Below are positions 1 to 7,942 of a DNA stretch of 24,043 nt, piece by piece. Numbering within the stretch: position 1 is the first letter of the stretch; each line of letters begins with the position of its first letter. A model generated the notes under the pieces. The model did not search any database. It was not told the DNA's origin and saw nothing but the letters and a program-made list of their open reading frames with translations. The stretch is from a virus (taxonomy: Duplodnaviria; Caudoviricetes), in IMG/VR virus record IMGVR_UViG_3300034355_000015, positions 1 to 24,043 of that record; one strand, written 5' to 3'. The translations under genes were made by a program, and so were the position numbers.

Positions 1-1521
1 TGCACCTACAATAAGTGCGTTGCCATCGTTATCTACTGTTGGGGCGACTGATTTAGCACCAAGGTAGCGGTCATCAAAGTTGTCATAAGTTGTGGCTGCT
101 GACGATGCGCTTGTTGCTGCATCGGCTGCAGATGTGGCTGCTGCTGTCTGGCTTGTTAAGGCAGATGATGCAGAAGTAGCAGCGCTAGTAGCAGAAGTTG
201 CTGCAGCGGTAGCAGATGCTGCTGCTGATGTAGCAGAAGTGGCTGCTGCAGTAGCACTTGTTGCTGCGCTAGTAGCCGAGGTTGCTGCTGCTGTTTGAGA
301 TGTTAAAGCACTTGATGCTGATGTTGCTGCAGCAGAGGCAGATGTAGCCGATGAAGTTGCAGAGTTTGCAGCGCTCGTGGCTGATGTAGCAGCGGCAGTT
401 TCAGATGATGCAGCAGCAGTAGCACTAGCAGAAATAGTTGCAACAGATGCAGCAGCCGTTGTTGCACTTGCTGCAGCAGATGTAGCCGAAGTAGCAGCAG
501 CCGTAGCGCTTGTTGCAGCACTTGATGCGCTAGTAGCAGCAGCCGTTGCAGAAGCATCAGCAGATGTGGCACTGGTAGTAGCAGCAGTTGCACTAGCAGC
601 AGCACTGGTTGCACTTGTTGCAGCAGCACTTGCTGATGAAGCAGATGAGGTAGCACTAGCAGAAGCAGAAGTTGCACTTGTGGCTGCAGCAGTAGCCGAG
701 TTTGCAGCACTTGTTGCAGATGCAGAAATTGTAGCCACGGAAGCAGCAGCGGTTGTTGCAGATGCAGCAGCGCTTGTAGCGCTAGTTGCTGCGCTTGTTG
801 CACTTGTTGCTGCTGCGGTAGCAGAGGCTGCAGCGGATGTTGCTGAGGTTGCAGCAGCAGATGCGCTAGTAGCAGATGATGCAGCAGATGCTTCTTGTAA
901 AACAAGGATTGCATCTACATAAGACTTAGGTGCAGCAGATGAACTGGACATACCAGCAGATGAAAGACCAGTGATTGTTCCAGCACCACTGACAACAATA
1001 GATGCTGTTGAGGTTACTGTGCCACTAAGAGTAGCACCGTTGATGACTGGTGTTGTAAGAGTTTTGCGAGTAAGTGTTACTAACTGGTCTGAACCAACTA
1101 CTGAACCATCGCCAGTTACAAGTCCGTGCACATGTGTTTGACCAGCGTTAGAAAGAATACCTGAGTCGGCATCAATACCACGGGCTGCAATGTGAGTTTG
1201 GGATTCTTTAAAGTCACGACCAGATACACCATGGCGCACAGATGTGCCAGCGGTATGTGATTGAGCCTGGGTTCCATCTTGACCACGAACAATGGTAAGA
1301 GTAGTTCCCGCAATAGCGGTTACTGTAACTACTTCTTCTTTGTTAGTATCTGGTCCAAGGATGATTGTGTATGGAACAGATGGGAAACCGCTAACAGATA
1401 CAACAGAAACGCTTGTGGTTGTATCGCCAGTTGCTGCTGATGAAATAGAGTTAACTAGCGTTGTTTCAATTGCTGTGGCGGAAAAATTCCGCTTTAATAC
1501 GCCTGGGTCGCCTGCTGCCAT
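1..1521 (-). CDS. Tail fibre/spike protein with long Ala/Ser/Thr repeat stalk (runs off the left edge; at least 507 aa; missing from the ORF track)
   Basis: Manual translation from ATG 1521 (MAAGDPGVLKRNFSATAIETTL...EEVVTVTAIAGTTLTIVRGQDGTQAQSH...KSYVDAIL) stays open to base 1. About 270 aa of SATSAA-type repeats are followed by TYDNFDDRYLGAKSVAPTVDNDGNALIVGA, a motif I recognise from environmental phage fibre proteins. Confidence 0.85.
   Translation of the reverse strand, partial: MAAGDPGVLKRNFSATAIETTLVNSISSAATGDTTTSVSVVSVSGFPSVPYTIILGPDTNKEEVVTVTAIAGTTLTIVRGQDGTQAQSHTAGTSVRHGVSGRDFKESQTHIAARGIDADSGILSNAGQTHVHGLVTGDGSVVGSDQLVTLTRKTLTTPVINGATLSGTVTSTASIVVSGAGTITGLSSAGMSSSSAAPKSYVDAILVLQEASAASSATSASAAATSATSAAASATAAATSATSAATSATSAAASATTAAASVATISASATSAANSATAAATSATSASASATSSASSASAAATSATSAAASATAATTSATSADASATAAATSASSAATSATAAATSATSAAASATTAAASVATISASATAAASSETAAATSATSAANSATSSATSASAAATSASSALTSQTAAATSATSAATSATAAATSATSAAASATAAATSATSAATSASSALTSQTAAATSAADAATSASSAATTYDNFDDRYLGAKSVAPTVDNDGNALIVGA
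90..893 (-). repeat. Low-complexity coding repeat (ATSATSAA/SAAA units) in the fibre stalk
   Basis: Dense GCA/GCT/ACT/TCT codon repeats. The unit TTAAASVATISASAT occurs twice, near 420-465 and 715-760. Confidence 0.9.
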
Positions 1522-1530
1522 GGGGTTGCC

Positions 1531-2454
1531 TTATCTCTGGTAGTGTGAACGAATTGGGAATTGACGGCGTTGGTTCTCCGCCACTTCGTTTAAACGAGTG
1601 TTGTAAACATTGAACAAGAAGCGTGATGCGTTCTCACCACTTCGTGGTCCACGCTGGTTATCAAGCACATCTGCCTCCGCAGATAGTGCACCCAAGCGTG
1701 ATGGGTCTAAGAAGGAAATCATACGAAAGGCTGCGCCATAAATAACTACATCTTCTGAATAATCAGGCATGCCAGTTACTGTTGAGTATTCTTGGTTAAC
1801 CGATGGCAACGCTGTAATGTTAAAAAGCGTTGGGCGCTTTGAAAAAGCCACATTAACTGTGCGACCTGGAACTACTGCTGAGTAGATACCAAGAGTTTTT
1901 CCAAAGTTACCACCAGTGCCCCACTCTCCTGGATTTGCTGTTCTATCTAATTGCCACGCACGAACTGGTAACCACTCTTTAGATGGACCAATAACATGAT
2001 GAGTTACAGATAAAACATTTTCTACCACATCTGGTAAATCGTAAGTTGTGCGAGCAGCAATATATGGGAATTGATATTGACCAATAGCAAATATGCTTGG
2101 ATACATTGAGTTGAGTGTGTCGTTAATAGCACGCTTAATTTCAAAGCGTGGGAATAATGGAGATACCATTACCTTAGATGAATTGTCATGTGTTACCGCT
2201 AGAGTGCCACGCTGTGCTCGACCCCATGGTGCAAGTGTGAGGATATTGTCAATGTTGTTAGTAGAGTTAACATACATAATTTCATCGCCAATTTGGATAA
2301 AGCCACGGCTTACCACATTGGCATCATTAACAGAAATAGTTGTTTGTGTTGTGGTTGTTATGGCACCAGTCAACCATGTAGTTGATTCCATATTTACGGT
2401 GTAACCATGAAGAAGCGTATCTACACGGTCAGTAAGTTGTTCAAGTGTGCTCAC
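1531..2454 (-). CDS. Putative tail adaptor / tail tubular-type structural protein (307 aa)
   Basis: Lies downstream of the capsid module and just before the fibre. Helical N- and C-terminal parts (EIKRAINDTLNSMYP; SEDVVIYGAAFRM) flank a beta insert. Start overlaps the stop of the upstream gene. Confidence 0.6.
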   Translation of the reverse strand: MSTLEQLTDRVDTLLHGYTVNMESTTWLTGAITTTTQTTISVNDANVVSRGFIQIGDEIMYVNSTNNIDNILTLAPWGRAQRGTLAVTHDNSSKVMVSPLFPRFEIKRAINDTLNSMYPSIFAIGQYQFPYIAARTTYDLPDVVENVLSVTHHVIGPSKEWLPVRAWQLDRTANPGEWGTGGNFGKTLGIYSAVVPGRTVNVAFSKRPTLFNITALPSVNQEYSTVTGMPDYSEDVVIYGAAFRMISFLDPSRLGALSAEADVLDNQRGPRSGENASRFLFNVYNTRLNEVAENQRRQFPIRSHYQR

Positions 2455-2726
2455 AGGTCAATGCTCCTTAAGGCTGATACTGCCGATTTGCCAGTTGTGC
2501 CAGCAAGTTCATTGCATACTGCGTTTAAACCTTTGTATTCATCTGGTTGGCGTGATTCACTAGCCTTGTAATTTAACGCTCCTAATAAATCTTTATTGCT
2601 AGTGCCTGCCCATTTATTTGCTGCTCCTGGTGCTTCTAGGAACACAGTGCGGTCTGGGTAGGTGCCTTCATTGGCAAGCCTATTTAATTCAGCAACGAGC
2701 GTAGAGCCGTCATAACCTGTAGCCAT
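2451..2726 (-). CDS. Hypothetical virion-module protein (91 aa)
   Basis: Coupled to both neighbours by start/stop overlaps; codon usage like the rest of the operon. Confidence 0.8.
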   Translation of the reverse strand: MATGYDGSTLVAELNRLANEGTYPDRTVFLEAPGAANKWAGTSNKDLLGALNYKASESRQPDEYKGLNAVCNELAGTTGKSAVSALRSIDL

Positions 2727-2887
2727 TAGTTAGCCTTCTTTCGTGCTGCTCTCATGTTGTCCACAAGATTGGGATATTTTCTACCAGCCTTTTTTGCAGC
2801 AGCCTTGGCTGATGCTTTTGCAGCAGGTGAAAGTGGTTTAGATTTTTTCTTAGGGTTTGGTTTATCCCATACTTCTTTTTTAGCCAT
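2726..2887 (-). CDS. Small Lys/Ala-rich basic protein (53 aa, MAKKEVWDKPNPKKKSKPLSPAAKASAKAAAKKAGRKYPNLVDNMRAARKKAN); not in the ORF track
   Basis: Fills the gap exactly, with TAATG overlaps at both ends. The GRxYPNLVDNM motif is one I recognise from small phage proteins. Confidence 0.85.
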   Translation of the reverse strand: MAKKEVWDKPNPKKKSKPLSPAAKASAKAAAKKAGRKYPNLVDNMRAARKKAN

Positions 2888-3144
2888 TACCATTTCACCT
2901 TATCTGCCCAATACGCTGCACTCATTTTGCCTTTGGCAATGTTTGTAGCGTGACGAGCCTTAAATGATTTTTGTCTTGCAGTTGGAGTCTTGTCTCCACT
3001 GACACCCTGTTGACCAAAGCGAATAGTTTTAACCTGGTCACCAGACTTTGCCACAACTACATGCGACTTTGTTGGATGGCTCGGTGTGCGCTTAGGCTTA
3101 TTAAAGCCCGACACTCCTGCTCGCTTTAGTCTAGGGTCTGTCAT
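2887..3144 (-). CDS. Small basic phage protein (85 aa; IRFGQQG...RQKSFKARH...SAAYWA family)
   Basis: Motif pattern typical of a widespread small phage protein; coupled by TAATG to the next gene. Confidence 0.8.
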   Translation of the reverse strand: MTDPRLKRAGVSGFNKPKRTPSHPTKSHVVVAKSGDQVKTIRFGQQGVSGDKTPTARQKSFKARHATNIAKGKMSAAYWADKVKW

Positions 3145-3152
3145 TTTTTTCT

Positions 3153-3275
3153 TTACTTTCCACCAAGAGTAGTCGGATTATTGACCGCAGGGGCAGGGAT
3201 GCCATACGGGTTAATTGTTCCAAAGTTGTCGTCTGCATTGACGGTGTTAGTCCCACATCCACATTGTGTGCACAT
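3153..3275 (-). CDS. 40-aa microprotein with N-terminal CxxCGC (MCTQCGCGTNTVNADDNFGTINPYGIPAPAVNNPTTLGGK); not in the ORF track
   Basis: ATG 2 nt after the upstream stop; fills the gap between 3278 and 3144. Confidence 0.7.
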   Translation of the reverse strand: MCTQCGCGTNTVNADDNFGTINPYGIPAPAVNNPTTLGGK

Positions 3276-3277
3276 GG

Positions 3278-3418
3278 TTACATTGCCTTCTTCTTGAGCA
3301 TTGACATGCCCTTCTTTAATTCTTTAGCCTTTGCAGTTCTTGATTCAGCCTTTTCAGCCATTGCATAAGCCTTCTTCTTCATTGCTGGTGATGCTGCCTT
3401 CTTCTTCATTGCTGGCAT
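3278..3418 (-). CDS. Possible in-frame nested 46-aa basic protein (MPAMKKKAASPAMKKKAY...)
   Basis: AAGGGG RBS-like sequence just before the in-frame ATG at 3418, immediately after the end of the Ntn fold. Confidence 0.5.
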   Translation of the reverse strand: MPAMKKKAASPAMKKKAYAMAEKAESRTAKAKELKKGMSMLKKKAM

Positions 3419-3979
3419 GTTATTCCCCTTTTGTGTGATTATTTTGACATCTCCACCGACACCTATACAGTAGTCAGCAGAAATCTTAATTGCTCTACGA
3501 GCAGCAAACTCTGCTGCCTTAATAGAGTTCTTACTAAAGCCAGTGGCTAATGCACCTAGTGCTAATTGCCCACCACTGCCTACTGAGTAAAGTCCACGGT
3601 CATCTCGTGACCATAAGTATTGTTCGTCAATTTCATAAATAACACCGTTTAAACACATAAGTGCATCAAAGCCAGCGTTTGGGTCTTTAACCGCATCTGG
3701 TTCATAACCATGTTCTTTCATTGCATCTCGTAGAGATGGAAGCACCTTGACTTGCATAAAAGCATCAAGTTGCATTGTCTTAATAAGTTTAGGTGGAGTC
3801 CATAAAAACTCTGCTATGTTGCCAGCAATGGCATCTCCTGCAAAGGCAAACACATAGTCACCCTTACGCACTGCCTTGTCCATGCCCTTGGCATAGTAAG
3901 GTTTGTCATCATAGGTAGTCATGGAATCTGCTGCAATTACTGCCCAGCCTTTTCCCTGAATACCTACGATGGCAGTCAT
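3278..3979 (-). CDS. Ntn-hydrolase, HslV/proteasome beta-subunit-like protease, with a basic C-terminal extension
   Basis: Thr at residue 2 (the nucleophile after Met removal), TAIVGI...VIAADS, conserved Lys region (MDKAV), FAFAGD and SVGSGG..ALGAL motifs. GGGG RBS upstream. Confidence 0.8.
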   Translation of the reverse strand: MTAIVGIQGKGWAVIAADSMTTYDDKPYYAKGMDKAVRKGDYVFAFAGDAIAGNIAEFLWTPPKLIKTMQLDAFMQVKVLPSLRDAMKEHGYEPDAVKDPNAGFDALMCLNGVIYEIDEQYLWSRDDRGLYSVGSGGQLALGALATGFSKNSIKAAEFAARRAIKISADYCIGVGGDVKIITQKGNNMPAMKKKAASPAMKKKAYAMAEKAESRTAKAKELKKGMSMLKKKAM

Positions 3980-3981
3980 GT

Positions 3982-4419
3982 TTACCCCTTAAAACTATTA
4001 GTGTTTGCATCGTAGGCTTTACCTACTTTGTTTGAATCATCTATTGCTTTTTGCACTTGCTTAGTAGAGGTTCCTGCTGGTTGTATTCCTTGTTTACGAG
4101 CATCTCTGTAAAGGTTTAATTCTTTATCCCATTTTTTCTGGGACATATTCTTATTGCTTGCAGCATCTCCTGGGGATAGTTGGAGAGTCTTAGCCTTACA
4201 CCCAAAGCATGGGCAAAATTCTGAATCAATGTGGTCTGAGTTGGGGGTTACTACACCCCAGTCTGACCATGGTTCTGTTGAGGTGGCATCGCACTTGGTG
4301 CAGCCAAACAACTCAACCTTAGGAAACATTTGTCCGTCTATTAAATCGTATCCGTCTTTTACTACTTTGCCGATATGTCCTTTAACTGAACAATCATAAC
4401 TCGGTAATGTAGTCTCCAT
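3982..4419 (-). CDS. Cys-rich (putative Zn-binding) hypothetical protein; start uncertain (4419 or 4431)
   Basis: CTKC and H..FCPCFGC motifs; C-terminal WDKELNLYRDARKQGIQP segment; overlaps the upstream gene. Confidence 0.7.
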   Translation of the reverse strand: METTLPSYDCSVKGHIGKVVKDGYDLIDGQMFPKVELFGCTKCDATSTEPWSDWGVVTPNSDHIDSEFCPCFGCKAKTLQLSPGDAASNKNMSQKKWDKELNLYRDARKQGIQPAGTSTKQVQKAIDDSNKVGKAYDANTNSFKG

Positions 4420-4666
4420 AGTTGCCACCAATGCTTGGGTTTGTTAAACGATTCTTAGTTGCTTCGTCAATAATATATTCACGCCCACCTAAGTATACCT
4501 CAGTGGCTTCAAAAGTTTGAGTTTGTGCAGGGTAGCGATAAGAAGAATAAGTGCCATTTATCATCATTACTGTTACACCACGAGCGATTGAATAACGCTC
4601 TAGGAGGCGATGCCAACCCATAGGTGTTTCTTCAACACTTGGTGTTACAAATAAATACTCTGCCAT
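4394..4666 (-). CDS. Hypothetical structural-module protein (90 aa)
   Basis: Strong RBS AAGGAGGAG immediately upstream; first gene after the capsid hairpin. Confidence 0.85.
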   Translation of the reverse strand: MAEYLFVTPSVEETPMGWHRLLERYSIARGVTVMMINGTYSSYRYPAQTQTFEATEVYLGGREYIIDEATKNRLTNPSIGGNYGDYITEL

Positions 4667-4714
4667 GGCTCCTCCTTTTGTATATACATTGTGTATACAG
4701 TTATTTTATGTAGA

Positions 4715-4743
4715 GAGAGAGGCGGGATTCGCCCGCCCCCCTC
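4715..4743 (-). terminator. GC-rich hairpin after the major capsid gene (terminator or attenuator)
   Basis: Minus strand GAGGGGGGCGGG-CGAAT-CCCGCCTCTCTC, a 12-bp stem with G-U pairs, 14 nt after the MCP stop; no strong U tract. Confidence 0.65.
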
Positions 4744-4756
4744 AACTACAATTACT

Positions 4757-5926
4757 TTATGCAGAGATGGATGAACCAGTCTCAATGCGGTAAAGTGCTG
4801 CTTCACGGTAACGAGAGAAGCCAAGAACTCCATACCAACCGATTGGTCGGAAACGAAGTAACTTGTCTGTAACTGGTCCGATAACAACATTTGGCTCCTG
4901 TGCAACTGCCTCAGCAAGCGCTTGCTTTCCAGCAACGATTGTGCGGTAGTTAGCAGCAACAGGAGTTACTGTTACAACAGTTGTCGCTGTAACTGCAGCA
5001 GTGTTTGCTGTGTCTACAGTGATTGTTGCGGTGCTGCCTGAGGTTACGATAGATGTAATCTTCGCACCAGAGGCAATACCTGTGCCTGAAATCTTGTCGC
5101 CTGCTTCTGCTTGCAACGCAATAACAGATGTTGCAGCAACACCAAATGTAACTCCTGCTGATGTTCCAGCAACAGTTACGGCAGTTGTAGCAAGATTTGT
5201 TGCATCTGCGCCATCTACGCCACGATACATACGAGGTGTTTCAACAAAGAAAGCGCCTTCGTAGGTTCCGATTGAGCCAGCCCAGAAGTTGCCTGTGCCT
5301 GTCTCTGCGTATTTGTGCATGTCGTTCCAGCCACCAACGCCAGTTTCAGCACGAAGGTCGTGTGAAACTTCTGGGTGGATACCTGTCCAGTAAAGGGAAC
5401 CTTCACGAGGAACAGCCTTGTTTGAACGAAGTTTGGCAACAGCACGGCGGATATTAGCAGCAGTGATTGTGTCAGTTGCTGTAATTGTTGCTGTTGATGT
5501 GCGAGTTCCACCGTAGATAACATTTGTTCCTTGGCGGAGAGTATCCATGGCTAGTCTGTCTAGTGAGTCAGCCATGTTGTAAGCGATGATGTCTGCAACT
5601 GCAGGGTCAACATCTGAGAGTGAGAATAGTTGCAACTTGCGTGTTACAAGTGATGCATTGCCATACTCGTTAAGTGTTACAGAAACAGTTGTTACATCTG
5701 ACAGTGCTACTGCATCTGGGTCAGTTGTTTCTGATAGTGATGCTGTTGCTGGTAGCAAGTCGTTGTAAATTGAGAATACAACACTTGAACCTGGCATTGC
5801 CTGTTGAGCAGGGCGCTTGTCGGCTACTGAACGAATCAGTGGCTGTGAACGAAGCGCAAACTCTACATAGCGGTCATACGCTTGCTTGATTAAGCCAGCG
5901 AGTGCTGACGAATCTGTGTATGCCAT
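4757..5926 (-). CDS. Major capsid protein (HK97 fold, N4-gp56-like family), 389 aa
   Basis: Follows the scaffold; RBS GGAGG. Motifs VTLNEYGN, IHPEVSHDLR, GSIGTYEGAFFVET and DKLLRFRPIGWYG are typical of this MCP family. Confidence 0.9.
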   Translation of the reverse strand: MAYTDSSALAGLIKQAYDRYVEFALRSQPLIRSVADKRPAQQAMPGSSVVFSIYNDLLPATASLSETTDPDAVALSDVTTVSVTLNEYGNASLVTRKLQLFSLSDVDPAVADIIAYNMADSLDRLAMDTLRQGTNVIYGGTRTSTATITATDTITAANIRRAVAKLRSNKAVPREGSLYWTGIHPEVSHDLRAETGVGGWNDMHKYAETGTGNFWAGSIGTYEGAFFVETPRMYRGVDGADATNLATTAVTVAGTSAGVTFGVAATSVIALQAEAGDKISGTGIASGAKITSIVTSGSTATITVDTANTAAVTATTVVTVTPVAANYRTIVAGKQALAEAVAQEPNVVIGPVTDKLLRFRPIGWYGVLGFSRYREAALYRIETGSSISA

Positions 5927-5959
5927 GTGGGTTCACCTCCTGGTGATTGGTAGTTTGAG

Positions 5960-6427
5960 TTATTGAACTGAAACACCGAGTATTGCGCTGAGTTCTGCAG
6001 CACTTTTAGCATTAAGAATCCTTGACATTGAATCTTCATCTACTCCTGGAGGAGTGCCTGTTGATACAACATCGTTGATTCTTTTTTGCGCTTGTAGTGC
6101 TGGGTCCTTTGATGCCTGGCTCTCGCCATCTTTGGCATCTTGGTTAACACCGAATACATCGCCATATTCATTAAGCCAGTTATTAACTGCTTCTTCCGAA
6201 GCATCTAAGTCCTGAGGTATGAACGCTGCGACCTTTGGGTTAATACCCTTTGCAGTCAACACATCCTTTACGGTGCGTTGACGAGTCTGATTCTTTAGAG
6301 TTGTTGCTTCTACTTCGAGTTCTTTCAAACGCTTTTCTAGCGTTTTATTTACTCTGCGTAATTGCTTGACAACATCCTGAGGTTCAAAGTCCTCATCGAA
6401 ATCGTCATCGTCATAATTGGTAGCCAT
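5960..6427 (-). CDS. Capsid scaffolding protein (155 aa)
   Basis: Acidic N-terminus and coiled coil (VVKQLRRVNKTLEKRLKELE); directly upstream of the MCP; RBS GGGAG. Confidence 0.75.
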   Translation of the reverse strand: MATNYDDDDFDEDFEPQDVVKQLRRVNKTLEKRLKELEVEATTLKNQTRQRTVKDVLTAKGINPKVAAFIPQDLDASEEAVNNWLNEYGDVFGVNQDAKDGESQASKDPALQAQKRINDVVSTGTPPGVDEDSMSRILNAKSAAELSAILGVSVQ

Positions 6428-6456
6428 CTACCTATCTCCCTTGTTAGTTGTTGTAT

Positions 6457-6540
6457 TCGCAATCCACACCATGATTCGGGGAAACCATGCTGGCTATTGC
6501 TCCTAGTCTTTTACGCCCCCCTGGGCTAGTCGGTCAGGGT
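6457..6540 (-). ncRNA. Candidate structured cis-regulatory leader RNA of the scaffold-MCP genes
   Basis: Stems CCCTG/CAGGG, GCAAT/ATTGC, CCA/TGG and CATGGTT/AATCATG in a 123-nt intergenic gap; possible CTAG-CTAG pseudoknot. Confidence 0.5.
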
Positions 6541-6550
6541 TGGGGATTCT

Positions 6551-7942
6551 TTATATGTTGGAACTGGTGCGAAGTGAGGTTGCACTCAATCCGCTTGAGC
6601 CACCGAAGCGTGCTTGTTCTCGCTTTGCTCTTTTCGTAGATGCCATAATTGCTTTTTGGTCGCCCTCTAATATGGCTTCTAATGATTCTCTATCTGAGTA
6701 TGTATCTTTTTCAAGATAGGCAAGGCGTGATTGAGTTGCAGCAAGTTGAGATGCTTGACCAAAGGCTTTGGTTAAATCTGATGTGCTAAGTTTAGCATAA
6801 GCATCCTGAACTCCAAGTTGTTCAGCCTCCGCCATGCCGAAGTCAGCAAATCCATAAGTCTTACCAATACCTGCAATTTCAGCAGCCTTAGCAGACTTCT
6901 GTAGCAGTGGTAGAGCCTTATCAGCATTAAGGAAGTATGCAGTAATAGCACCTTCACCAACCTTGTAGAAATCCATAAGAGCATTACGAACATTTGGGTC
7001 AGCAGCACGGGCTAAGTCTTGAGCCATTTGTGCTCTGTCTTGCACTTCCTTTGGAGATACTTCGTTTTCAATCATCTTACCCATGGTTGCACGGTCATCA
7101 TAAAAACCAGGGGGTAGGTCAAAGAACCTTAAGGTTTCAACTATTTGATTCTCAAGTCCAATGTATTGAGCCTCTGTAATAGTGCGGTTCTTTGTGCGAA
7201 GTTTTGCCATACCAGGAAAGCGTAGTTTGTATGCTGGCTGCTCATAAAGTTCAATAAGAGTCTGTGCCTCAGATACATCGTTCATAATGTTATTACTAAT
7301 AAATGTAGCAAATGCCTCATCTTCAATACCTTGAGACTTAAACAAGTTGATTAACTTATCTTTAGCAGCAACCTTAACTGCAAACTTATTATCTGCCTCA
7401 GTTGTGGTTGCCTTTGCCTCACCTGCTGCAAAAGCCTTATCAATGTCAGCCTGAGTAAAACCACCAGAGAATCCTGTAGCGCCTCCTGGCATACCGCCAG
7501 TGGCTCCTCCGCCATCTACCTGAGTAGGTGCTGGGTTAGGGTCGCCTTTGCCACCAGTTGCTGGTCCTTGGTCAGTGTTAGCGCCAACACCTGGCACCGT
7601 TGGGTCTGGAACCTTTGGGTCTGGGTCTTTTGGCTTTGGTTCTGGCTCTGGTGTAGGAGTAGGTGTTGGAGTAGGTGTTGGAGTAGGGGTGGGGGTTGGT
7701 GTAGGAGTAGGGGTAGGTGTTGGAGTTTTTACTGGAGCCTTAGGAGCAGGAGGAGCAATGTTGATTTTGGTGTTAGACCAAATCATATTGCCATCTTTAT
7801 ACTTAGGGTTGCTCATAAGCACAGGATTAAGTGCTCTGATTTCCTTAAGAGTTAAACCAGCATCTTTAGCAATCTGCGAAAGCGTATCGCCTTTTTCTAC
7901 ACGAACAGCAGTAGTGGGATTCTTTTTATCTGGCACTGCCAT
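6551..7942 (-). CDS. LysM-domain virion protein with (TP)13 and Gly-rich linker and a helical C-terminal domain (463 aa)
   Basis: N-terminal VEKGDTLSQIAKDAGLTLKEIRALNP is a canonical LysM motif. Confidence 0.85.
   Translation of the reverse strand: MAVPDKKNPTTAVRVEKGDTLSQIAKDAGLTLKEIRALNPVLMSNPKYKDGNMIWSNTKINIAPPAPKAPVKTPTPTPTPTPTPTPTPTPTPTPTPTPEPEPKPKDPDPKVPDPTVPGVGANTDQGPATGGKGDPNPAPTQVDGGGATGGMPGGATGFSGGFTQADIDKAFAAGEAKATTTEADNKFAVKVAAKDKLINLFKSQGIEDEAFATFISNNIMNDVSEAQTLIELYEQPAYKLRFPGMAKLRTKNRTITEAQYIGLENQIVETLRFFDLPPGFYDDRATMGKMIENEVSPKEVQDRAQMAQDLARAADPNVRNALMDFYKVGEGAITAYFLNADKALPLLQKSAKAAEIAGIGKTYGFADFGMAEAEQLGVQDAYAKLSTSDLTKAFGQASQLAATQSRLAYLEKDTYSDRESLEAILEGDQKAIMASTKRAKREQARFGGSSGLSATSLRTSSNI
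7649..7726 (-). repeat. (Thr-Pro)13 coding repeat
   Basis: ACN-CCN repeated 13 times with varied third positions. Confidence 0.95.

Noticed and set aside
92-922. ORF-track entries 92..298 (+), 377..922 (+) and 303..914 (-)
   Set aside because: Shadow frames of the Ala/Ser/Thr repeat in the real minus-strand fibre gene 1..1521.
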